A stretch of DNA of 64,000 bases. It comes from an uncultured bacterium (GTDB lineage Bacteria; Eisenbacteria; RBG-16-71-46). The notes below the pieces were generated by a model that saw only the letters and a program-made list of their open reading frames with translations, searched no databases and had not been told where the DNA came from. The stretch is taken from the NCBI GenBank assembly GCA_964542745.1, contig CAZIVR010000002.1, positions 27,300-91,299 of the forward strand, in the 5' to 3' direction. The position numbers and the translations under genes are program-made. Below are positions 51,398-60,217 of this stretch, piece by piece; position 1 is the stretch's first letter, and every line of letters starts with the position of its first letter.

Positions 51398-53305
51398 ATG
51401 GGCACCCAGCAGATCACCGAATTCGAGGGCGAGCAGCGGCGGCGCTTCACGCGCGCGCTGCTCGCCGACCTGCGCGCGCTCGAGCGGATGATCGCCGAAG
51501 GCGCGATCGAGGAGGGCGTCCAGCGCATCGGCGCCGAGCAGGAGATGTTCCTGATCGACCGCACCTGGCACCCGGTGCGTGGCGTGCTCCAGGCGCTCGA
51601 GCGGCTCCAGGATCCGCACTTCACCACCGAGCTGGGCCAGTTCCAGCTCGAGATGAACCTCGACCCGCATCCGTTCACCGGCGACTGCCTCGGCCGCACC
51701 GAGCGCCAGATGGTGGCGCTGCTCGCCAAGGCGCACCGGGCCCTCAACGAGGACGGCCGCACCATGGTGCTGGCCGGCATCCTGCCCACGCTCCGCAAGT
51801 CGGACCTCGGGCTCGACAGCATGGTGCCGCTGCCGCGCTACCGGGCGCTCAACGACGCCATGACCCGCATGCGCGGCGGCGACTACGAGTTCTTCATCAA
51901 GGGCATGGACGAGCTGCGCGTGCGCCACGACTCGGTGATGCTCGAGGCCTGCAACTCCAGCTTCCAGGTGCACCTGCAGGTCGGGGCGAAGCGCTTCGCC
52001 GCGCTCTACAACCTGGCGCAGGCGCTGGCGGGGCCGACGCTCGCCGCCGCGACGAACTCGCCGCTGCTGTTCGGCCGCAGGCTGTGGGCCGAGACGCGCA
52101 TCGCCCTGTTCCAGCAGGCGGTGGACACCCGCCGCAGCGTGCCCGACCGCGTCAGCGCGCCGCGCGTGACGTTCGGGGACCGCTGGGTGCGCGCCTCGGT
52201 GATGGAGCTGTTCAAGGACAACGTGACGCGGTTCCGGACGCTGGTGGGCACCGACCTCGACGAGGATCCGTTCGAGGTGCTGCGGCGGGGGGGCCTGCCC
52301 GAGCTGAAGGCGCTGCGCCTCCACAACGGCACGGTGTACCGGTGGAACCGGGCGTGCTACGGCATCCTCGGGGGCAAGCCGCACCTGCGGATCGAGAACC
52401 GGGTGCTGCCCTCGGGGCCGACGGTGGTGGACGAGGTCGCCAACGCCGCGTTCTGGCTCGGGCTGATGAGCGAGCTCGGCGCCACCGTCGAGGACGTGAC
52501 CAAGCTCATGGACTTCGAGCAGGCCCACATGAACTTCGTCTCGGCGGCGCGGCTCGGCCTCAACGCGACGCTCACCTGGTTCGAGGGCGAGGAGATCCCG
52601 GCGCCGCTGCTGATCCTCGAGAAGCTGCTGCCGCTCGCCGCGGCCGGGCTCGACCGGGTCGGCATCGTTCACGCCGACCGCGACCGTTACCTCGGGGTGA
52701 TCGAGAAGCGCGTACGCAGCGGGCGCACCGGCTCGCGCTGGATGGTGCAGTCGCTCGCGGCGATGCGCGACCACGGCACGCAGGCCGAGCGCCTCAACGC
52801 CCTGACCGCCGCGATCGTGGCGCGGCAGACCGAGAACCGCCCGGTGCACGACTGGGAGCTGGCGAACCTGCGCGAGGCGGGCGGCTGGCGCCACAACTAC
52901 CTGCGCATCGAGCAGTACATGAGCACCGACCTCTACACCGTGCACGCCGACGACCCGGTCGAGCTCGCCGCGAACCTGATGGAGTGGCACCGCATCCGCC
53001 ACGTCCCCGTCGAGGACCACGAGCACCGGCTGATCGGCCTGGTGAACTACCGCGGAATCCTCCGGCTCCTCGCGCAGGGCGGACTCGGGAGGGAGGGCGA
53101 ACCGATCCCGGTCTCCGAGATCATGAAGCGGGATCCGATCGTGGTGGCGCCCGGACTGTCCACGACCCGCGCCATCGAGCTGATGCGGCGCTACGGCATC
53201 GGCTGCCTCCCGGTGGTGGACGACGGGCGGCTGGTGGGGATCGTGACCGAGAACGACTTCATGGAGATCGCCGGTCAGCTGCTCGAGGAGAAGCTGGGCG
53301 AGTGA
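51398..53305 (+). CDS. Glutamate-cysteine ligase family 2 (GCS2/YbdK-like carboxylate-amine ligase) fused to tandem CBS domains
   Basis: The N-terminal ~480 aa have the GCS2 carboxylate-amine ligase pattern (IGAEQEMFLID...ENRVLPSGPT...). The C-terminus has two CBS motifs (HRIRHVPVEDHEHRLIGLVN and GIGCLPVVDDGRLVGIVTENDF). Confidence 0.6.
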   Translation: MGTQQITEFEGEQRRRFTRALLADLRALERMIAEGAIEEGVQRIGAEQEMFLIDRTWHPVRGVLQALERLQDPHFTTELGQFQLEMNLDPHPFTGDCLGRTERQMVALLAKAHRALNEDGRTMVLAGILPTLRKSDLGLDSMVPLPRYRALNDAMTRMRGGDYEFFIKGMDELRVRHDSVMLEACNSSFQVHLQVGAKRFAALYNLAQALAGPTLAAATNSPLLFGRRLWAETRIALFQQAVDTRRSVPDRVSAPRVTFGDRWVRASVMELFKDNVTRFRTLVGTDLDEDPFEVLRRGGLPELKALRLHNGTVYRWNRACYGILGGKPHLRIENRVLPSGPTVVDEVANAAFWLGLMSELGATVEDVTKLMDFEQAHMNFVSAARLGLNATLTWFEGEEIPAPLLILEKLLPLAAAGLDRVGIVHADRDRYLGVIEKRVRSGRTGSRWMVQSLAAMRDHGTQAERLNALTAAIVARQTENRPVHDWELANLREAGGWRHNYLRIEQYMSTDLYTVHADDPVELAANLMEWHRIRHVPVEDHEHRLIGLVNYRGILRLLAQGGLGREGEPIPVSEIMKRDPIVVAPGLSTTRAIELMRRYGIGCLPVVDDGRLVGIVTENDFMEIAGQLLEEKLGE

Positions 53306-53360
53306 GGCGCGCGGCGGCGGTTCCGGGGAGCCGGCCCACGGCAAGCGGGAGCGCGCGCGG

Positions 53361-54374
53361 GTGAACGCGCGCGAGGGCGCGACCGGCGCCGAGCCCGGCC
53401 TCGAGGCGGCGCCCCCCCGGGTGGTGGCGCGCCTGCGCGGCGGGGCGGCGGGCCCGACCCTGATCGTGATCGGGGGCCTGCACGGCAACGAGCCCGCGGG
53501 CCTCGAGGGCGCCGGCCGCGCGCTCGAGGCGCTGGCGCGGGCCGGCGGGCTCGCGCGCGGCGACCTGTGGGTGCTGTCGGGGAACCGCCGGGCGCTCGCC
53601 CGCGGCACGCGGTTCGTGCAGCGCGACCTCAACCGCCAGTGGAGCGCCGGGCGCCTCGCCGAGCTGCGCGCGGCGGCCGCGAACCCCGCGGTGGTGCTCG
53701 GCCCCGAGGACCGCGAGCAGCTCGAGCTGGGCGAGGCGCTCGACGCCGCGCTCGCCGGCGCGCGCGGGCGCGTGTTCGTGGTGGACCTCCACACCACCTC
53801 GGCCGAGGGCATCCCGTTCGTGCTGATCGGGGACCACCTCCGGCACCGCGGCTTCGCGCTCGGCTTCCCGCTGCCGCTGCTGCTCGGCCTGTTCGGCCAG
53901 CTCGGCGGAACGCTCACCGAATACCTGAGCGAGCGGCGCTGCGTGACGCTCGCGGTCGAGGGCGGCCAGCACGCGAGCCCGCGCGCGGTCGCGAACCACG
54001 AGGCGGTGGTGTCGGTGGCGCTGGCGGCGGCCGGGCTGGTGCCGGAGGCGGCGCTCCCGGCGATCGTCCCGTCCCGCGACCGGCTCGCCGCGACCTGGCC
54101 GAACCTGCCGCGGGCGCTGCGCGTCCACCACCGCCACGCCATCACCGCGGAGGACCGCTTCGTCATGGAGCCGGGCTTCGCGAACGTGCAGCGCGTGCGC
54201 TCGGGCACGCTGCTCGCGCGCGACGCGCGGGGCGAGATCCGCGCGCGCGGCGACGCGGTGCTGGTGATGCCGCTCTACCAGAAGATGGGCGACGACGGAT
54301 TCTTCCTCGGCCGCGAGATCCCCTCGCTCGTGTTCCGGCTCGGGGCCTGGCTGGGGAGCCTGTGGCGGGGCTGA
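53361..54374 (+). CDS. Succinylglutamate desuccinylase/aspartoacylase (AstE/AspA) family zinc hydrolase
   Basis: IVIGGLHGNEPAG metal-binding motif, plus the DLNRQW and DLHTT blocks typical of the AstE_AspA family. Confidence 0.65.
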   Translation: MNAREGATGAEPGLEAAPPRVVARLRGGAAGPTLIVIGGLHGNEPAGLEGAGRALEALARAGGLARGDLWVLSGNRRALARGTRFVQRDLNRQWSAGRLAELRAAAANPAVVLGPEDREQLELGEALDAALAGARGRVFVVDLHTTSAEGIPFVLIGDHLRHRGFALGFPLPLLLGLFGQLGGTLTEYLSERRCVTLAVEGGQHASPRAVANHEAVVSVALAAAGLVPEAALPAIVPSRDRLAATWPNLPRALRVHHRHAITAEDRFVMEPGFANVQRVRSGTLLARDARGEIRARGDAVLVMPLYQKMGDDGFFLGREIPSLVFRLGAWLGSLWRG

Positions 54375-54435
54375 GGCGGGGCGCCGGCGGCGTGCGGGCG
54401 CGCGCGGCGGCCGCGCCGTCCCGTCGCCCGCGCCG

Positions 54436-55653
54436 CTAGACGGTCACCCTCAGCTCGCGCAGCCCGCGCAGCACGAACGTGGGCTTCCAGCGCGGTTCTT
54501 CCGCGAGCCGGAGCGCGGGCGCCCGCCGCAGCAGCGCCTCGAAGGCGAGCCGCAGCTCGAGCCGTGCCAGCGGGGCGCCGAGGCAGAAGTGGATCCCCGC
54601 GCCGAACGACAGGTGCGGGTTGGGGTGCCGCGCGAGATCGAGCCGGTCGGGCTCCGCGAACGCCGCCGGGTCGCGGTTCGCCGATGCGAACAGCAGCCCG
54701 AGCTCGGCGCCGCGCGGGAGCCGCACCCCGCACACCTCCGCGTCCTCCAGCACCCAGCGCTCGAACAGCGGGAGCGGCGTGTCGAAGCGCAGCAGCTCCT
54801 CGACGGCGCGCGGCACGCGCGCGGGATCGGCGCGCAGCCAGGCCAGCGCCCCGGGGTGCCGGAACAGCGCGAGCCACCCGTTCCCCGCGCCGTTCACGCT
54901 CGCCTCGTGGCCCGCGTTGAGCAGCAGCACGCAGGTGCCGATCACCTCGTCCTCGGTGAGCCGGTCGCCCGCCTCGGCGACCCGCGCCAGCGCGCTGATC
55001 AGGTCGTCGCCGGGCCTCGCGCGGCGCTCGCGCAGCAGGCCGCGCAGGTAGCCCGCGAACTCGGCGCTCGCCCGCACCGCGCGCCGCGCCGACGCCTCCG
55101 GGGCGTCCAGCTCGTACATCAGGCACATGTCGGCGCTCCACGGCCGCAGCGCCGCGCGGTCGGCCTCGGGCACGCCGAGCAGCTCGGCGATCACCGCGAC
55201 CGGGAGCGGCTCGGCGAAGTCGGCGAGCAGGTCGAACGTGCCCTTCTCGACGGCGCGATCCAGCAGCGACTCGACGATCGCCTCGATGCGGGGCTTCAGC
55301 GCCTCGACCGTCGCGGGCGTGAAGGCGCGCGACACCAGCGCGCGGAGCCGCGTGTGGTCGGGCGGCTCGCGGTCGAGCATGCCGTTCCGCACCACGTCCC
55401 AGAACGGCGCCTGCCAGCCGGGCTCGGGCTCGCGGCCCATCTCGGCGGGGCTCGCGAGGTGGCGGTAGGTGCGCCCGAAGCGGCGGTCGCGGAGGATCGC
55501 GTTCACGTCGGCGTGCCGCGTCACGAGCCACAGCCGGGTGGGCTCGTGGAAGTGGATCGGCCCCGCCGCGCGCAGCGCGGCGAGCGCGGGGTAGGGATCG
55601 GCGACGAACTCGGGGGACGAGGGCACGAAGCCCGCCAGCGCCGCGGAGGACAT
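54436..55653 (-). CDS. Cytochrome P450
   Basis: Haem-binding loop FGAGIHFCLGAPLA, an EELLRF (ExxR) motif, and an I-helix AGHEAS. Start assigned to ATG 55653 (MSSAALAGF). Confidence 0.8.
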   Translation of the reverse strand: MSSAALAGFVPSSPEFVADPYPALAALRAAGPIHFHEPTRLWLVTRHADVNAILRDRRFGRTYRHLASPAEMGREPEPGWQAPFWDVVRNGMLDREPPDHTRLRALVSRAFTPATVEALKPRIEAIVESLLDRAVEKGTFDLLADFAEPLPVAVIAELLGVPEADRAALRPWSADMCLMYELDAPEASARRAVRASAEFAGYLRGLLRERRARPGDDLISALARVAEAGDRLTEDEVIGTCVLLLNAGHEASVNGAGNGWLALFRHPGALAWLRADPARVPRAVEELLRFDTPLPLFERWVLEDAEVCGVRLPRGAELGLLFASANRDPAAFAEPDRLDLARHPNPHLSFGAGIHFCLGAPLARLELRLAFEALLRRAPALRLAEEPRWKPTFVLRGLRELRVTV

Positions 55654-55787
55654 GGCGGCACGGTAGCAGCGGCTCCGGGCGCGGTCACGGAGCGGCGCGG
55701 AGCTCGCGGCGCGCACGGCCGCCGCCCGCCGCCCGGCCGCGCGCCCGCCCGGTCACGCGGCGGCCCCGCGCCCCGTATCCCGTCCGC

Positions 55788-56870
55788 ATGCGACTCCTCC
55801 CGCGATTCCTCGTGGCCCTCGCCATGACCGCGCCGTTCCCCTCGGGCGCGGCGCCGGCCGCCCCCGCGGCCCGCGAGCTGGGCTGGGTGCGCTGGGGAGA
55901 CGATCTCGACGCGGCGCTCGCGCGCTCGCGCGCGTCGGGCCGCCCGGTGCTGATCCTGTTCCAGGAGATCCCCGGGTGCGCGACCTGCGTGGGATTCGGC
56001 GAGGGGCCGCTCTCGAACCCGCTGCTCATCGAGGCCATCGAGTCCGAGTTCGAGCCGGTGGCGGTCCGCAACAACCGGCCCGGGCGCGACGCCGCGATCC
56101 TCGCGCGCTTCGGCGAGCCCGCGTGGAACAACCCGGTGATGCGCGTCGTGGACGCGGCGGGCCGCGACGTGGTGCCGCGCCGCGACGGACTGTGGACCTC
56201 GCACCAGGTGGCCGCGCGCCTCGCGGAGGCGCTGGAGGCCGCCGGCCGGCCGGTCCCGGGCTACCTGCGCTGGGCGCTCGAGGAGACCGACCTCGCGCGG
56301 CACGAGCGCGCCACGTTCGCGATGCACTGCTTCTGGGAGGGCGAGGCGCGGTTCGGCGCGCTCGACGGCGTGGTCGCCACGCGCGCCGGGTTCCTCGACG
56401 GCCGGGAGGTCGTGGAGGTGACCTGGCACCGCGACCGGCTCGATTACGCGACGCTGCTCGAGCGCGCCGAGGAGATGCGCTGCGCGGCCCGCGTGGTCGC
56501 GCACACCGGCGACCAGTTCCGGCGCGCGCGGGCCCGCGTCGGCGAGCGCGCGGCGCGGGCCGACGCTCCCGCGACCTCCGCCCCCCCGGCCGACCGCACC
56601 CGCCACCTGAACGGCACCCGGTGGGCGGCGCTCCCGCTCACCCCGATGCAGGCGACGCGGGTGAACGCGGCGCTGGCGCGCGGGGAGGACCCCGAACGCT
56701 GGCTCTCGCCCGGCCAGCGCGCGCTGGCGGCACGGCTCGCGGCGCGGCTCGCGGCGAACCCGCAGGCGCTCGCGGGTTTCGCCCGCCCCGAGGATCCCGG
56801 CGAGCTCGGCGCCTACCGCTGGCGACTGGCGGCGGCGCTCGGCGCCGGAGGCCCGAACCCGGGGAGATGA
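55788..56870 (+). CDS. msrA: Thioredoxin-like domain fused to peptide methionine sulfoxide reductase MsrA
   Basis: Signal peptide. The Trx-like block has a Cys pair (PVLILFQEIPGCATCVGF). The MsrA active site is FAMHCFWEGEARFGALDGVVATRAGF. Confidence 0.65.
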   Translation: MRLLPRFLVALAMTAPFPSGAAPAAPAARELGWVRWGDDLDAALARSRASGRPVLILFQEIPGCATCVGFGEGPLSNPLLIEAIESEFEPVAVRNNRPGRDAAILARFGEPAWNNPVMRVVDAAGRDVVPRRDGLWTSHQVAARLAEALEAAGRPVPGYLRWALEETDLARHERATFAMHCFWEGEARFGALDGVVATRAGFLDGREVVEVTWHRDRLDYATLLERAEEMRCAARVVAHTGDQFRRARARVGERAARADAPATSAPPADRTRHLNGTRWAALPLTPMQATRVNAALARGEDPERWLSPGQRALAARLAARLAANPQALAGFARPEDPGELGAYRWRLAAALGAGGPNPGR

Positions 56871-56934
56871 CCGGCGGCGGATCCGCCCCCGGGGCGGCGC
56901 CCGCGCCCGGCGTGCCATCGGCTATCCTGCGCCG

Positions 56935-57660
56935 ATGCCCACGCCCTTCGATCACGCGCTCGCCGTGGTGCTCGCGCTGCTCTTCCCGATCCGCTCCCGC
57001 CTGGTGCTGCACGGCAAGCTCGCGCGCGCGAACCCCGACGAGCTGCCGGCCGCCCGGCTCGGCGCGTACCGGGGCGCGATGGTCACCCAGTGGTTCCTGA
57101 CCGCCGCGCTCGCGGCGCTGTGGCTCGCGACCGGGCGCCCGTGGCGGGAGCTGGGCGTGGTGCCGGTGCTCTCGGGCGGGCTGATCGGCATCCTCGTCGG
57201 GGTCGCGATCGTGGCGGTGGTGCTCGCGCGCGCCGGGCGGGCCGGTCCCGACGGGAAGGCCGCCGCGTCCCTGCGCCGCCAGACCGCGAAGCTGGAGCGC
57301 ATGATGCCGCGCAGCCGCGCCGACCTGCGCGCCTTCTACGCGCTGTCGGTCACCGCCGGGATCTGCGAGGAGCTGCTCTACCGCGGCTTCATGATCCACT
57401 ACCTGCTCGGCCTCGGGCTTCCGCTGATTCCCGCCGCGGTCGCCTCGTCGCTGGTCTTCGGCTTCGGCCACCTCTACCAGGGTCTCCGCGGCATGGTGAC
57501 CACCGCGGCGGTGGGGGGCTTCCTCGCCGCCGTCTACCTGCTGAGCGGCTCGCTGCTTCCCGGCATGCTGATCCACGCGCTCATGGACCTCTACTCGGGC
57601 CGCCTGCTGTACCTCGCGTACTCGCGGCCGGAGGCCCCGGCGGCGGAGGTCTCCGCCTGA
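56935..57660 (+). CDS. CPBP family intramembrane glutamic endopeptidase (CAAX protease-like)
   Basis: EELLYRGF, FGFGH and HALMD motifs, with multiple TM helices. Confidence 0.8.
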   Translation: MPTPFDHALAVVLALLFPIRSRLVLHGKLARANPDELPAARLGAYRGAMVTQWFLTAALAALWLATGRPWRELGVVPVLSGGLIGILVGVAIVAVVLARAGRAGPDGKAAASLRRQTAKLERMMPRSRADLRAFYALSVTAGICEELLYRGFMIHYLLGLGLPLIPAAVASSLVFGFGHLYQGLRGMVTTAAVGGFLAAVYLLSGSLLPGMLIHALMDLYSGRLLYLAYSRPEAPAAEVSA

Positions 57661-58781
57661 TCCGGCGCTTCGACGTCGCGATCGCGGGACTCGGCGCGAT
57701 GGGCAGCGCCGCGGCCTACCACCTCGCGCGGCGCGGGGTCGAGGTGGTCGGCTTCGACCGCTTCCAGCCGCCCCACGCGATGGGCTCCTCGCACGGCGAG
57801 ACCCGCATCATCCGCGTCGCCTACTTCGAGGATCCGCGCTACGTGCCGTTCGTGAGCCGCGCGTGGGACCTGTGGCTGGACCTCGAGATGGAGTGCGAGC
57901 GCCCGCTGCTGCGCCAGACCGGCGGCCTGATGATCGGCCCGCCCGGGGGGCCGGTGGTGGCGGGAGCGCTGTCGAGCGCGCTCGCGCACGGCCTGCCGCA
58001 CGAGCGGCTCGACGCCGCCACGCTCATGCGCCGCTACCCGGCCCACCGCGTGGAGCCGGGCGACGAGGCGATCTGGGAGCCGCAGGCCGGATACCTGGAT
58101 CCCGAGGCGTGCGTGGACGCGCACGTGCGCGCCGCGCGGATCGCCGGCGCCGAGCTGCACGGCGACGAGCCGGTGCTCGACTGGCGGCCCGACGGCGAGG
58201 GCGTGCGGGTGCGGACCGCGAAGGGCGAATGTGCCGCCGGCCGGCTGATCGTCGCCGCCGGGGCGTGGCTGCCGCGCCTGCTGCCCGACCTCGCGGACCG
58301 CTTCTCGGTGGCCCGCCAGCCGCTGTTCTGGTTCGAGCCCCGGTCCAACGCGCCGCTGTTCGACCCCGGGCGCTTTCCGATCTTCATCCGCGAGCACCTG
58401 CCCGGCCGCTACGTCTACGGCTTCCCGATGATCGGGGGCCGCGTGAAGTTCGCGATCCACATGGAGGGCGAGCCCGCCGACCCGGACACGGTGCGGCGCA
58501 CCGCGGGCGACGACGAGGTCGAGAAGCTGCGCGCCATCCTCGACCGCTGCCTGCCGGACGCCGCGGGCCGCTGCGTGGACCGCGCGGTGTGCCTGTACAC
58601 CAACACCGCCGACGAGCACTTCCGGCTCGGTCCCCACCCCGGGCACCCGCAGGTGATCGTGGCGAGCTGCTGCTCGGGCCACGGCTTCAAGTTCGCGAGT
58701 GCGGCCGGCGAGGTGCTCGCGGACCTGGCGACGGGGGAGGAGCCGAAGGTGGATCTCGGGCTCTTCGCGCTCGCGCCCTGA
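57657..58781 (+). CDS. Monomeric sarcosine oxidase / N-methyltryptophan oxidase family FAD enzyme (MSOX/MTOX)
   Basis: N-terminal Rossmann motif DVAIAGLGAMGS and a covalent-flavin Cys region VASCCSGHGFKF. No ATG, GTG or TTG lies in-frame upstream of the Rossmann motif. CTG 57657 overlaps the CPBP stop (CTGA) and has GGAGG 7 nt upstream. Confidence 0.65.
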   Translation: MIRRFDVAIAGLGAMGSAAAYHLARRGVEVVGFDRFQPPHAMGSSHGETRIIRVAYFEDPRYVPFVSRAWDLWLDLEMECERPLLRQTGGLMIGPPGGPVVAGALSSALAHGLPHERLDAATLMRRYPAHRVEPGDEAIWEPQAGYLDPEACVDAHVRAARIAGAELHGDEPVLDWRPDGEGVRVRTAKGECAAGRLIVAAGAWLPRLLPDLADRFSVARQPLFWFEPRSNAPLFDPGRFPIFIREHLPGRYVYGFPMIGGRVKFAIHMEGEPADPDTVRRTAGDDEVEKLRAILDRCLPDAAGRCVDRAVCLYTNTADEHFRLGPHPGHPQVIVASCCSGHGFKFASAAGEVLADLATGEEPKVDLGLFALAP

Positions 58782-58821
58782 CGCCGCGCGGCCGCCGGAG
58801 CCGCGCGGCGCCCGCGCCCCC

Positions 58822-60189
58822 TCACACCCGCACGTCCCCCCGCTCCACCTTCGCGTGCTCGCGCGCGAGCAGCGCCACCACCGCCAGCCACACCGCGACC
58901 AGCGCCAGGTTCACGCGGGCGAAGCCCTTCGCGTCGAGGGCGAGCTGGGTGCCGAGGAACACAAGCGCGCTCGACAGCAGGTCGCCCCCGCGCACGAACA
59001 GCGAGTCGATCGCCGCCTTGGCCTTGTACTTGGCCTCGCGCGAGGTGGGCAGGAACAGGGCGTGGCGCACCGTGTTCTGCAGCGAGTAGTCGGTGCCGTT
59101 CTCGGCGATCTTGGCGATCCGCACCAACCCGAGCAGCGGGAGGGTGGCGAGCACGCCGTAGCCGCCGAGCGCGATCACGGGCAGGAAGAAGAGCGCCACG
59201 CGCACCCCGAACCACTTCATGATCCGCGAGACGAGGAAGAGCTGCACCAGCGCGCTCACCACGTTCACCCACGCGAAGAAGTCGGCGTAGAAGCCGCCGA
59301 TGAAGCGCCGGGTCCACTCGCCGGCGTCGCCGGCGCCCGCGGCCCCCGCGGCGACCAGCCGATCGGCCTCGGCGGTGACGGTCTTGCCGAGGATGTACTC
59401 GCCGTTGGTGTTCACGAAGTTGAGCACCAGCATCAGGGCGGCGATCAGCGCGAGGTAGCGGCTCGAGAACACCAGCCGGAATCCGCCGGTCGCGGCGAGC
59501 GGCGCCCCGGCCTCGGCTTCGCTCCCGGCCGCCGCCGCGCGCGCGCCCGAGCCGCGCCGGTTCACGGCCCGCGTCAGGCCCAGGCACAGCAGCAGCAGCA
59601 CCGCGGCGATGGGCATCATCGGGTAGACGCCCACCGCGGCGATCAGCGGCTTGGCGGCCCACGAGCCGACGATGGCGCCGGTCGTGGAGCCGAAGGCCAC
59701 GATCGCGAACAGCCGCTTGCCCTGCTCCGGCGAGTAGACGTCGTTCGCGAAGGACCAGAACTGGGCGATGATCATGAGGTTGAAGATCCCGACCCACAGG
59801 AAGAACGCGACGCCGAGCAGCGGCACCTTCGCCTGTGCCAGCAGGTAGAAGAGGACGAGGTGCGACGCGAAGAACAGGGTCACGCCGGAGATGAGCCGGA
59901 TGCGGTTCACGCGGCTCGCGAACGCGCCGTAGGCGGGCACCAGCAGCAGCAGCAGCAGGGCCTGCCCGGCGGCCGCGTAGCTCTTCACCTCGGCGCCGCC
60001 CCCGACGAGGATGAGCGGCTCGCGCACGGTCTTGAGCAGGTAGTAGGCGCACAGCAGCAGGAAGACGTTGAGCATGAGCAGCAGCGCGGTGACGCCCTCG
60101 CCCGCGCGCACGTCGGCGAAGGGGCGGAGCGCGCGGTCGAGCGCCGACACGGGGGCGGGCGCCCGGGGGGCGCCGGAACGGTCGTTCAT
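58822..60189 (-). CDS. NTT/TLC-family nucleotide (ATP/ADP-type) transporter
   Basis: 455 aa with ~12 TM helices. The N-terminal RPFADVRAGEGVTALLLMLNVFLLLCAYYLLKTVREPL is characteristic of TLC ATP/ADP translocases. Confidence 0.6.
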   Translation of the reverse strand: MNDRSGAPRAPAPVSALDRALRPFADVRAGEGVTALLLMLNVFLLLCAYYLLKTVREPLILVGGGAEVKSYAAAGQALLLLLLVPAYGAFASRVNRIRLISGVTLFFASHLVLFYLLAQAKVPLLGVAFFLWVGIFNLMIIAQFWSFANDVYSPEQGKRLFAIVAFGSTTGAIVGSWAAKPLIAAVGVYPMMPIAAVLLLLCLGLTRAVNRRGSGARAAAAGSEAEAGAPLAATGGFRLVFSSRYLALIAALMLVLNFVNTNGEYILGKTVTAEADRLVAAGAAGAGDAGEWTRRFIGGFYADFFAWVNVVSALVQLFLVSRIMKWFGVRVALFFLPVIALGGYGVLATLPLLGLVRIAKIAENGTDYSLQNTVRHALFLPTSREAKYKAKAAIDSLFVRGGDLLSSALVFLGTQLALDAKGFARVNLALVAVWLAVVALLAREHAKVERGDVRV

Positions 60190-60217
60190 GCGGCCGGCTC
60201 CTCTCGGTGGAAGGGGA

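Noticed and set aside
51074-54208. 1044-aa minus ORF antisense to GCS2-CBS and AstE-like genes
   Set aside because: Arg/Pro/Ala-rich translation with no domains. The sense genes are well supported.
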